A DNA stretch of 63,625 bases, the filler included, from Choristocarpus tenellus KU-1152 (taxonomy: Eukaryota; Protista; Phaeophyceae), in assembly GCA_964200185.2 (NCBI GenBank). It is 14 parts of 14 records of this genome, joined end to end, with 100 filler letters (N's around TTAATTAATTAA, not from the genome) between each part and the next. Parts side by side here need not be neighbours in the genome. Positions count along the whole stretch, not along the records: positions 1 to 3,262 come from CAXNAD020021181.1; positions 3,363 to 7,500 come from CAXNAD020016033.1; positions 7,601 to 11,906 come from CAXNAD020015192.1; 11 more parts are not named here. The stretch is one strand, 5' to 3'. The notes beneath the pieces are model-generated. The model was not told where the DNA came from. It was given only the letters and a program-made list of their open reading frames with translations, and made no database searches. Shown here piece by piece: positions 1-10,911 of this stretch. The position numbers were made by a program, and so were the translations under genes. The stretch's first letter is position 1; each line of letters opens with the position of its first letter.

Positions 1-3000
1 GGGGGCGGGCCGTGGGGGGGGGGGTGGGCAGGGGAACCGGGGGGGGGGGGGGGGGTGATCTTCGAGATGCTCGTCGTGATCATCGCCACGGGGCTGGTGG
101 TGGTGGGCCTGGGCCTGGGCCTGGGCCTGGGCCTGGCCCTGGAGTAGGGGGGGGGGCTGGCCCACGTGGGGCATTCCTTGACCATCGGGGGCCGAGAGAC
201 CGTGAGCATCGTGATCGTGATAGGGCCATGGGTAGGGCAGGTGGTGGGGGAGCGGGGGGTGGGGGCGGTAGTGCAGCTGGGGGTGGAGGGGGAGGAGGGA
301 GGGGATCGCTGCTGGATGAATTTCGTAGTAGCATTGGGAAGAATAGGAAGTGGGAACTGCATGATCTTCATGGTGAGTATGTTGTTTGAATTGGGTGTAT
401 CAAGTAGCGTGTTAAGCCTATGTCTATGGATTTTGTTGTAGTTTGAACTAGGTTTCGCTGGCAATGGGATGCAGTGCTGTTTTTTTTTTTTCAAGTGGTG
501 ATATTTTTGGAGGAAGCGTTTATGGCATGTGTGGGTGTATAGGGACGATTTTTTTTTGTGTGTATGGTTGGATGTTTTTTTTTGGTCCTATACTGCTGCT
601 TCAGTCCTTGACAGAATTATTAATTATTATGATGGTTCTCACTTGGAACTCTTTTCATGGATTGGATTGAAATTTAAATGTGGGTGAGGAGAGGATGTTC
701 ACGAGTACCTATTGTTGGAGCAGTATTTGGAACTGTTAATATTATTGTTCTCACTATTTTACTTTATTGTTGACTGTTCCTAATCCTCACCTACAACTTG
801 AATGAAGTGAAGTTCAGATCAATAAATAAATAGGCTAGAAGTGTTTTTTTTTTTATCCCTGGATCAATAACGGAACGGAGTTCTTCTATTTTCAAATGTA
901 CGGTCAGTTGTTGATCAATTCCTTTTGAAGTATCAGGTCTTTGGTTTCCTTTAACCCAGGTGGAGAGAGAGGAATTTTGTTGATGGGGTGTGCTGTATAG
1001 TAGGTTCCGAGTTTGTTCACCATCTTGTATCCAACTGGTTAATTAGATTTGTTTTGTTTTTATGGTTAATATCTCTTTCACTACTTCACTTCCATATTCT
1101 GGGCTGCTCAAGTGAGTGGGATGAGATGCGATTCTAACGGAGTATATTTTTTTGTTCATTTTTGAAGTTTACCTTTGTTTTGGTTCATTTTGAACTATAC
1201 CTTTTTTGGTCAATTTTGAACTATACTGTACCTTTTTTGTTTGTAGGTTACGGTTGTTGTTGCACCGCCTCTTTTTTGGTGTCGTTTCATTTGGTGAGGG
1301 CCTTGCTTGTGGTTTCTCGTGTGTCCTTAACTGTCTTGAGTAGGACACACAGTTCAGTTCTGTCGGGACCAGCATGGATCCAGGTTCATCCAACAAAAGC
1401 TTGAGGTGGCTACTCCTGAGGAAAAGGCGTTGTTCTTTGATGAGATCCTGCCGCACACCCAGAGGTTAGACTTGGGAGGTTTTACAGGGTAGGGTTTCGT
1501 AGTATATGGATTGGGATTTGTGTAGGTGGTTAATGCTCTGATGTTGTAGTTTGTGGGATATGGAAAGGTAAAGGCTTGAGAGGTATTACAGGGTAGGGTT
1601 TTGTAGTGTACAGGTTGGGATTTGTGTAGGTGGTTATTGCTCTGATGTTGTAGTTTGTGGGATGTGGTTTGGGTTTTGTAGTGCACAGTTTCAGCGTTTC
1701 TTTGATATCCTCCACAGGTTGTCTGAAGTTTTTGTTTTGTCTTTGAAGGACTGTCCTACAAATGAATATCTGAAAGAGATATAGTGTCCTTTGCAGGTTT
1801 AGTATGATTGAGTCCAGTGATCTTGGTATTTTCGAAGGTGTTGCAGGAGATTGGACACATAATGGACACATAATGGACGAGATTACATGCTTGTGTTGAG
1901 GGAGAGGGATGTGTCTGTTGTCCAGGTACATCTGTTGGTAAGATGGGGAGGTGAATGCCGTGGTTCGAAGGCAGTTTGGCAGTTTCAACTTGTTTCCTTG
2001 TTTCTTTTTTTTATTGGAAGTGGTGTCTTCTAGTCGACCTTGCCACACAGTTTGTTTGGTGTACTATTGGCATTGATGTGAGGACTGTTGAAATGATTGT
2101 TGAGCTGATGCACACAGTGTATTGTATCTTTTTTATCCCTAACTCTTTTTAAACATAAAGTGAACTTCAAGAAAAAGTATGCTGGAAATGTAGATAGATA
2201 AGAATGTTGGGAGACTTTCAAATGCAAACATCGTAGCCTGTTTGCTATAGTACAACCCCTCCCCCCCCCCTGCCCCCCTTAGTCACTATCCGTCCCAACC
2301 CAACGATGATAACCGAACCTCTGCCCTTCCCCCCCATCCCCCTCGCCCCTCCCCAGCCTGATGACAGATGTGTTTGGTAACTATGTGGTTCAGAAACTGT
2401 TTGACCATGGGGATGCCTCTCAGCGGGAGAGCCTCGCTTCATTCTTGGTGGGTCATGCTGTGCAGCTGTCCCTGCAGATGTATGGATGCCGGGTGGTCCA
2501 GAAGGCACTTGAGTATGCATCCATCGATACTCTGATCGCCCTAGTAAGCGAGTTCAGTGGACAGGTGGGCTTAGGGTTAAGGACGGGGTGTCTGGTGACA
2601 GTTTGGGGTGTATGAAGTAGTAGGGTTTTTTATGGTGTTGTGGTTGGTGTATTTATTTATTGTTGTGGGTTTTTATGGCAGTGCAAGGGAGTGTGTGTGT
2701 GTGTGTCTTGTGAAGTAGTGTATCTTGTGTATCTTGTAAACTTGTGTGTGAATGAATTTTTGTTGTTGTTTATGGAAGAAAGGTTCTGTGGTAATTTTTT
2801 TTTGTGCTGTGTGTGTTGATTTGAATTGATGAATTATTTTTTGATGTTTTTAGTTTTAAGAGAGGCGGCGGCGGGCGGGTCTGTATTGTTGGAGATATTT
2901 TTAGGTGTGTAAAATTGGAGTATGAGTTGTGCATAGTGTACCTTTTTTTTTAATGAAATATTTTTTTGCAGGTGATGAAGTGTGTACAGGACCAAAACGG

Positions 3001-3109
3001 AAACCATGTTGTGCAAAAGTGCATTGAGGTGGTGAGCACCACAGCCAAGACAGAAGGTCCCTACCTGCATTCACACATTCAGTTCATCATTGATGGCTTT
3101 GCCAATCAG
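1..3109 (+). CDS. PUM: Pumilio/PUF RNA-binding protein, partial (exons <1-372, 1344-1464, 2357-2564, 2972-3109)
   Basis: GT-AG splicing keeps one frame: [16 protein letters not shown]|[20 protein letters not shown]..|[31 protein letters not shown]..|[29 protein letters not shown]. These are Pumilio repeats 1-4, preceded by a Gly/Pro low-complexity region. Confidence 0.96.
1481..1665. repeat. Intronic direct duplication (~80-bp unit, two copies)
   Basis: ttacagggtagggttt..gtagt..gggatttgtgtaggtggtta.tgctctgatgttgtagtttgtgggat occurs at ~1482 and ~1586. Confidence 0.8.
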
Positions 3110-3262
3110 GTCTGTTCTCCTCACCTGAAAGTACTTTAGAGGTATTGTGTTTGCTTTTTCTGGGGGGAGGTTGGGGGGGGGGGGGGGGGGGGGGAATTTT
3201 CTTTAATATTGATACAAAACGAAGCGGGGGGGGTTATTTTTTTTTTTTTTTTTTTTTTTTTT

Positions 3263-3362
3263 NNNNNNNNNNNNNNNNNNNNNNNNNNNNNNNNNNNNNN
3301 NNNNNNTTAATTAATTAANNNNNNNNNNNNNNNNNNNNNNNNNNNNNNNNNNNNNNNNNNNN
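3263..3362. other. Artificial contig-joining spacer (44N-TTAATTAATTAA-44N); 13 in the window
   Basis: Identical 100-bp spacers carrying a six-frame stop linker at 3263-3362, 7501-7600, 11907-12006, 22178-22277, 25247-25346, 33007-33106, 37255-37354, 40415-40514, 44567-44666, 47751-47850, 51853-51952, 56071-56170 and 60911-61010. Confidence 0.99.
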
Positions 3363-3643
3363 GAGATGGGCACGGAGGGGTCTGTTGGATTCTTGGGATG
3401 CTTCCCTAGCTCCCCCGCCGGGGCACAGGAGTAGGTAGATGGGAAACAAAGGAAGACAGTAGTACAATATTTGATTGTGGTGAAGTAACTGATAGATTAG
3501 TGGTCGTTTCCACACTTCCAATGTGTTACAGTGTTCTCACCTTTAGGATATTTTATTTCTTTAGGGCTAATAACGACACATATATAGTTTTCATTGGTTT
3601 CCCCCCCTGACACATCTGCAAAATGTCAGAGGGCATAATAATA
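3363..3643 (+). mobile_element. 3' end of a non-LTR retroelement family ending ...CACATCTGCAAAATGTCAGAGGGCA(TAA)n
   Basis: Homologous to 38700-38960 (+), 27852-28031 (-), 26341-26405 (-) and a short remnant at ~28240-28270. Copies share the 3' end and a short TAA tail but have variable 5' truncation. Confidence 0.6.
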
Positions 3644-6545
3644 AAAATATATAAAAAGTATTGTCAGCGGTGTATGTATGAAAACCACTAATCAGTTACT
3701 TCACCACTATCAAATACTTCGCTGTTTGAGGTCTATTATTATTGTTTTGTGCGATTCATCCTTTTTATTAGCACGTTCTAGGCGGCTGATCGTCGTATTT
3801 TGCGTTCTTTCACGCGTCAACTGTGTATGGACTTGTTGCATGCCTATAGGCGGATTCATGCGTACTGTTGTCAATTCGAATAGAAATTGATGACGCCCCA
3901 TAGCTAAGGGATTTCAGATGTAATAGGACCATCACTGATGAGGCTCTGAGCTAGACAAGGTTCCCTTTCTGATTGTACCATTGCCCCACAAGTCTAGATC
4001 TGCATTTCGTCTGCTGGCTCATGAAGTGCCCTTGGTTATTAACGCATTTTTCTGTTTCGTTACTCACCATTTGGTTCTGCTTTGATACATTCTCTATCCC
4101 TGCTTTTTGTCAGATATACTTTCGTCTTATTTTTGTGCTCTTTTAGTGTTGCCTCTCTGACCATGGGTCCAAGCATGTTGTATGTTGTTTCTCTGCGCAA
4201 CAACGCCTGTCAAGTGTTTTGGTCATCATTGCGGGTCACGCATCAAACTAATTCTGTAGTATGAGAAAAAAAATCAATACTAGTAATATTGTTATAAAAC
4301 GCTCCGCAGCTTACCATGATGGGATGTGTAGGTCCAATCCACAAGGCTATAGGGTGTAGACGAGGCTCGTAGAGGGCTCCACAGAGGAGATGTCGAATAT
4401 GCTGGAACTCTCTCACTTCGATTGTTCACTTTATTGCTTCATGGGGATATAAAAATAGGACTTAACAACCACTCATTCTAAGTGTGTGGGCTCATAGTGA
4501 CGGAATAGTAAATAAATAGGCGAAGTACACATATATCAAATCTAGGGCTTCAAGGATATAATGGCGTTTTTGCAACTTTTATTAAGACACATCGACTGTG
4601 ACAATGTAAGACAGATTTGGACCCATAATGCCTACTGTATGGCTCCACACAGCACCCATACACCATGGAGAGGGAAGAATTTTGTGTAGCATATATATTT
4701 ATACTTTGTTAGTAGTTGGGAAGTGATCTCCACTAATATGAACCAGCATATTACATAGCGCTCATGGCAGGGGAGCAGGATGAACTATGCGGTGCTAGCA
4801 GTACTCTATTAATAGTACCACTAGAAGCATTATTTAGCGATACATAGCATTATGTATCGCCAACATTACACTGTGGTTCACTTTATAGATATTGTAGCAG
4901 TACGACAACAACTTACATTTATGGCTCTCTACATATCGATAGTTGCCTGAGACGAAATAATAACTCTCTTTTTTGATCTATATAGTATAGTAGTGCTCGC
5001 TCCAACCTGCAGACCTCTCTATAATCCACTACGTAGCATGGTACAGCACATAGTGGTCTTTGTGCTACAAAGACCTAGTGTAGATAATGATAACTGTTAT
5101 TTCACATGCGACATCATCCTTGGACAAAATTGGTGGGTCTACAAGATCAGGGGTCACTAAGCGGAAGCTATGGACGTCAAAACCGTGTACCAAAAAGCAA
5201 GTCTTCACTATCTAAAGTTAATTTCCTTTATTGTTATTGACTGGTCCTCCTCTTACGCATCTCATCGGATAATGATGAGAGAATGCTCAAGGTAGGTTTA
5301 AGGCATACCAAAGTTTAGGAATATCAATGTGTATGGACACCAACCTCAAGGCGACCGGTACAGCATGAATTGAATGCAAATATTTCCAATTGTATACATT
5401 TCTGTCTATGGCGTGCAATATAACAGATGAACTAACAAATGCCTTTCAAGAGCAAAGAATGGTAGTTATCAGCCTCTCTGTCATCTACTATACTTGACGA
5501 CCTAAGAAGGGGGAACCGAAAAGTTTTTCTGTGTGTCATGGTTTGACACAGCTGTAAGGTACACTATCAGAAATGTGGAGCAACGTGTTGAGAATATAGT
5601 AGCTTTGTGCATATATCTTTGCTTCGTCATCCTCTTGATAAAATATGTAGCACCCAACACACACTTGGCCATATATAGCCATTTCTCATTTTTGCATTTT
5701 CAGTGTATCTTGAAGTATTGGGTGGGCAAGTGATTGCAGCGAGATATCATATCGATGGTGAATAAGACTTGTCCACACAAGCTCGATTGGTGGTGATCCA
5801 TAGACCATGCCTTGAAGAACCAGAGTGTGCACAGCATTCTGGTATTCATATCTACTTTTCGCCAAGTATGGAGCATAAAATGGAGTGTACTCCATTTGTG
5901 GGTTGGATGTGAAATATCCAAGGGATCAGCCGCTTTCAACTTTTCCAATCTTCATGCATGATGATCTGATCTTTTGGTATGTGCTAATGCTATCAACTCT
6001 GGCGAACTTTCACTATGTATCTGTGAACCACCCTGCCCCGTCATCGAAGGCAAGCCAGACGTTAAGGTACACATAGACAAAAATAGAGATTAAGGGGAAC
6101 TCTGAAAAATGCTAACCTTTTACATCTATCAAACACCTGTCAAACCCCCCAAGGCTCGTGGAATTTACCACCACAATAGCAACAAAAAGTAACTGCACAG
6201 CAATTATAGCCTTTCCAATTACTTCATCGGCACAAAAGGCAGTGCATGGAACCGCATGGATAGATATGATACACACTGTATGCTAAGGTGTTAATGATCA
6301 CCACAAATGCATACCCCACCATAAGTTCGCCAAAAACGCCAATCCACCATTGGTACCCTTCCGAGACCACTCAACGTGTTATTGCTCGACATGAAGGCAA
6401 GACATATCAATGACATCAAAACCTCTTCAGGCATCCCTGCCAGCGGTTACTCCTCCATCCAAAGCCAAGATGGCACCGGTCGATCGAGTAGCCTGGGTAA
6501 AATACAAGATGTCCGAAACAATGTCTTCAGGTTTACCTAGGGGAT

Positions 6546-6804
6546 GAGCCAAAGTATCTTAGAGGGTAGAGCCACGTCCATTTGGGGGTCAAAATCCAAT
6601 ATTGCAGTTTGATGTCATTTTAGCTATCGTGTTTGTTAGCAAGTGTCAATACCTATGTTTTGGACACACCTTTTCACAACGTATACATTTTACCTACTCG
6701 GAAACATTTCGGAGTAGGAAAATGTCATTAAAAAAAAACATGGGAAGCCAAGCCCCAAATGGACAAACAGGGCAAATCTCGTACCCTCTAACATACTTTC
6801 ACTC
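6546..6804 (+). mobile_element. MITE family A (TIR GAGCCAAAGTATCTTAGAGGGTA...TACCCTCTAAGATACTTTCACTC), TSD GGAT
   Basis: Terminal inverted repeats are visible; 4-bp direct repeat GGAT at 6542-6545 and 6805-6808. Confidence 0.92.
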
Positions 6805-7146
6805 GGATGCAGATTGTTGAGGGTCGGCAGGACTTTCTTAGCCTACTCTACTGCCATGAACGTGTCGTAGATCAGTTTTTCCACAGTATTCACAGTGATA
6901 CTATAAGTTGTGAGCTCAATTCCCAGGTTTGGAGTTAGGGCGTAGACCCCTGCCTTGGCTGCCGAATATGCTGAGGAAGGCATGGTACCTATCGCCTGCA
7001 TGGCCCACAAGGAGCCCACGATAACGCTTTGTTGGTACCATTACCATCAATCACATTCACTATCATCGGCAGCAATGGTCAAAAAACAAAACTATATATG
7101 GGTAGAAGTAGTAGAGGATGTGTCGTGTTTCCATGCCGTGGGGACT

Positions 7147-7328
7147 GCCTCAAAGTATCTGGGTGGTGGTGGGGGGGGTCTACACCAGGGTGTCCATTTG
7201 GGTCCTGACCAGGAAAAGTGCACTTACATTATCCATCCGACATATGCAACCAAATCACCCAAAAATTGCGACATGGAAAAATGGACCCCAAATGAACAGC
7301 CACCACCCCCCACCAGATACTTTGCGTC
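7147..7328. mobile_element. MITE family B (CAAAGTATCT-G-tract ... C-tract-AGATACTTTG)
   Basis: TIRs plus subterminal GTCCATTTGGG/CCCAAATG motifs; homologous to 33348-33528. No clean TSD on this copy. Confidence 0.85.
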
Positions 7329-7467
7329 ATCAGACTGGTTTGGCTTTTTGTCTGACAAGTTTCCCATTCTGTCTTTGCCAACATTGCTGGAAACATGCTT
7401 CTCTTGCCAGGGGAATGAGTCTCCCAGCCCTATGATGTGGGGTCCATGCAACAAGATGTATCGTACT

Positions 7468-7500
7468 GAGCCAAAGTATCTTAGAGGGCAGAGCCGCGTC
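7468..7500 (+). mobile_element. MITE family A, left end truncated by the contig end
   Basis: GAGCCAAAGTATCTTAGAGGGCAGAGCCGCGTC. Confidence 0.85.
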
Positions 7501-7600
7501 NNNNNNNNNNNNNNNNNNNNNNNNNNNNNNNNNNNNNNNNNNNNTTAATTAATTAANNNNNNNNNNNNNNNNNNNNNNNNNNNNNNNNNNNNNNNNNNNN

Positions 7601-7773
7601 TGTTTGTGTTGCAAAGTCATTGCTCGGCTTCGTCCGTTTCGGTTAAACAACTCATTTTTTTGCTTGACATTTCAAATCCGACACGTGCGACCAAATCACA
7701 CGAAAAAAAAGTTAAAATCGAAAAATGGGTCAAAAACGGACGCCGACAACCCCCCCCCCAGATACTTTGACCC
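7601..7773 (-). mobile_element. MITE family C (CAAAGTATCT-G-tract-GTCGGCGTCCGTTTTT), partial
   Basis: Ends ...ACGGACGCCGACAACCCCCCCCCCAGATACTTTGACCC; reverse complement of 8321-8472 and 56000-56070. Confidence 0.8.
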
Positions 7774-8320
7774 AAAGTGCGAGTAGTGTGGCGCAGCAGC
7801 ATGATCGAATAGTGAAATGGACCTCGTGGTCGAGACACTGACGCTGAGAGAAGATGCATTGAAAGCATTACCACATAAACGTGGTTGGGTCTTCAACCAC
7901 GTTGGAGAACTGCTCTGCAGCCTCTGCCACCTCGGGAAAACAGGAAGAGAGCAGCGAGTCCATCACCAGGTGTTATACTGTGACAAAGTCTGTGGGGAAG
8001 CCTGGTCACGCTGGGCAAAGGAAACAGAGTGGCCAGGCGAAGGGGGAAGGTTGGGGAGGAGAGCAGTGCGACTGCGTGCAATTGCGCTCAGGAAACGCCT
8101 AAGCAAAAATCTTGGCGTAGAATATCCTACTAGACGACAGTTGCAGCAGGCCCTGGCTGTTTGGAAGCTGTGCGAGCTGGAGTGGTTTAAGGAAACGAGA
8201 AAGAAGGTGTTAGGGTTGGGTGACAAGGGCTCTGAAGCCTGAAAAAAGGTCGAAAGGGCTCGCAAGGTGGAGGAGAAAGCGATCGTAACAAAGGCAGCCG
8301 TGGAGACTTTTTTGATACCA

Positions 8321-8472
8321 GGGTCAAAGAGTCTGGGGGGGGGTGTCGGCGTCCGTTTTTCACTTGTTTGGTGTGATTTGGTCGCACGTGTCGGATTTGA
8401 AATGTCAGCAAAAAAAAGAGTTTGACCGAAACGAACGTCCCTTCACAAACCACCCCCCCCCCAGATTGACCA
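8321..8472 (+). mobile_element. MITE family C, probable TSD ACCA
   Basis: GGGTCAAAGAGTCTGGGGGGGGGTGTCGGCGTCCG...CCCCCAGATTGACCA flanked by ACCA/ACCA. Confidence 0.75.
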
Positions 8473-8612
8473 ACCACCACAAACCCTTTACTTAGAAGAG
8501 GTCACAAAGCAGGTGGAGGTATCCATCGATGAGGACGCCAGGAAAGAAGAGGAGGTGAGATTGAGACTATTTGCACACCAATGGTTTGGTGTCTCTCACT
8601 TCCTTGCAAGAT

Positions 8613-8867
8613 GAGCCAAAGTATCTTAGAGGGTAGAGTCGCATCCATTTGGGGGTTAAAATCCAAGGTTGCGATTTTGATGTAATTTTGGCTATCGTGT
8701 TAGTTCGGAAGTGCCAACATCCTTGTTCTGGACACTTCTTTTCATGACGTATACATTTTACCTACTCCGAAACATTTTGGAGTAGGAAAATATAAAAAAA
8801 ACTCATGGTTAGCCAAGCCCCAAATAGACAAACAGGGCAAAACTCGTACCCTCTAAGATACTTTCTC
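8613..8867 (+). mobile_element. MITE family A, TSD AGAT
   Basis: TIRs; AGAT at 8609-8612 and 8868-8871. Confidence 0.92.
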
Positions 8868-10138
8868 AGATGCCGTACATTCACTTTGTTCCTGGATTGG
8901 GGTTGGACGTATAAAGTTGATAAGCCTTTCTCCCAGCCTGTATTCATTCGAGAAATCAACACAATTTTCGATCAACTTGAACCTGTCCTCCCTCGCCCTT
9001 GCGCCTCGATAAAATATCACTCGTCTAGGAAACACGAACAACGCCCAATTTCCGGTGCTCAACAAGGAGAGGTGATAGTTAGGGCTTTACCACTGCGAAT
9101 CCTGTATATGTATATGAACGACAGGAAAGACAGTCAAACAGTGCTCACGATGGCCACAGGATATGCAATTATCAGCCTGGAAACTGTGAGTAAATGGGAG
9201 AGAGACTTCCGAACTAAGGGCCACATCATGGTGTCAGAGCAAGGGCGCTATGAGGGCGTTTCGTTGTGGACCTCGACGAGGACGTCCTTGCCGAAGTCAA
9301 AGAGTGGGTGCGCGAACACACAGGGAGAAAGGGTGGGAAGACGTTTTCCCCGTCTAAACCCTATACTTTAATCAATAGTGCATCTGTTACCACTCTTGAT
9401 GACCTACAATCCGGGGTTTAAACCCCAATATGAGCGCTCTTAAAAAAAAATATGACAACCCCCTCCCCCCTCCCCCAAGCCATTGTGATGGGCATCACGT
9501 ATAAGCTTTTATTTTTAAAATCCGATGTCTACATCAAATGTTATGACAGATCTTTGGGCTGAGCTTTCATTTCCTGTCACTGATGAGACTTCTCAAAAGC
9601 ACAGTCATATGGTGTGGCAGAATGAGGTACAGGGAGAATTTGTGGGACTACCTACTAAATGAGGAAAATGCATGGGGAACACGTTGGAAGCGACAGAGCG
9701 TGGTCCAACTTAGTACTCTTGCTTCTCCTGGCATAGGTTTTGTTTCAAGTTTGTGTTATCTCTCGTTGGGGTCTCTATCAACATAGCAGATAGCTTCAAA
9801 GCTCTCTTCTATGAGGTCCGATAACAGGCCTTGCTACTGGTGTGAAAGGTACTTGTAGGAACATAGGCTTAATCAAATAGTAGTGAACCGTGTTCTCCCC
9901 CGGTATATGTCAAGGTTTCATATTCTAGCAGGTTTTGTTGTTGATTTGACTTGCAAATCCATGCACTTACATGCAATCACTAAATCGCAGACTAGGACAA
10001 CATCGTCCATAGGGACAACGCCCAAAAAGGATTCTATAACAAGAACAAGAATCAATCACTATGCTGTGACTTTGGAAGAAATTTAGGAAGAGAGGCGACA
10101 TGTGTTTTTTGTATATCGCAAGATCATGGTGGTGGGCA

Positions 10139-10911
10139 TCACGACTCCACTCGATTCCGTCTCTCTCCCCTATCAAACGCTTTCACATTCTCGCAGACCT
10201 CTGTAATCAGCCTCTGCCTTGCCTGTACCGTGCCCCATGCCACATGCTGTGAGAAATTAATTCGCATCAGGACAACGCCAGGGGAGGAAGGAGTGACAAA
10301 CGAGACATTAGAGAGAACACCTTGTCAGGAAATACCACACTCACACATTGGGATCGGTATCCACTCACTATCTACTAATTCACATAAAACACGCCTTTCT
10401 CAGTTCTCTGGAGCGTTTCCGTTAATGCTGCGACCAAGTACAGTACTTAAGAATGTCACAGTAGCAGTGCCACTGGTTCAAGAACGGTCCAGAACCGTCC
10501 TAGACGCGAGCGGATCTCCGCGCGCACGAGTGTGTGTGGGTTGTTCAGCAAGAGGAGTCACTAAAAACAAAAAACCTAATGCAAAACAAGACATGCAGCA
10601 GGAAGAAATGTGAAACACCTTCAAATTTCACCCCCCTCGCTTTACCATGTACCCCTTACCTGTGACGGTTTCAGAACCAAACGCAAACATAGGTCTTACC
10701 CACACAAGGCCAGAATATTTTACTCCCCCCCCCCCACAAAAGGAAAATCAGTCAACCCATGCTTGCCGGTGTTATCGCTGCATTTGGGCACTTCAACAAT
10801 GGGTTTCCCTCCACAGAGGGTGGTTCTGTGCCCAGGACGTCTAGGTATGCTGCACCCAATTGACCTGAGCAAAGAGCCTTTGCAACTGCATCTTCATCCA
10901 GTAAAAAACCC
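10139..10911 (-). CDS. D-isomer-specific 2-hydroxyacid dehydrogenase (glycerate dehydrogenase/HPR-like), last two exons (10911-10767, 10246-10139)
   Basis: Not in the ORF track. Spliced minus strand reads GFLLDEDAVAKALCSGQLGAAYLDVLGTEPPSVEGNPLLKCPNAAITP|HVAWGTVQARQRLITEVCENVKAFDRGERRNRVES*, with the LDV..EP and catalytic TPH motifs. The intron uses a GC donor. Confidence 0.92.

Larger units (their letters stand above)
7774..9550 (+). mobile_element. Decayed transposase-like element, copy 1 (interrupted by MITEs C and A)
   Basis: Colinear with 52740-53760. Broken frames give ISLETVSKWERDFRTKGHIMVSEQGRYE..DEDVLAEVKEWVREH..LFLKSDVYIKCYD, resembling the HTH/linker region of IS630-Tc1-mariner-like transposases (inference). 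Confidence 0.6.

Noticed and set aside
3307-3318. Recurrent TTAATTAATTAA palindrome as a biological repeat
   Set aside because: It is always centred in 44N+44N; this is a synthetic six-frame stop linker.
3930-3965. Hammerhead ribozyme core CTGATGAG (also ~9580 and ~34652)
   Set aside because: No GAAA after stem II and no convincing stems I/III.
5686-5948. Minus-strand ORFs with a weak ankyrin-like KWSTLHF segment
   Set aside because: Flanked by stops, with no splice model and no recognisable family.
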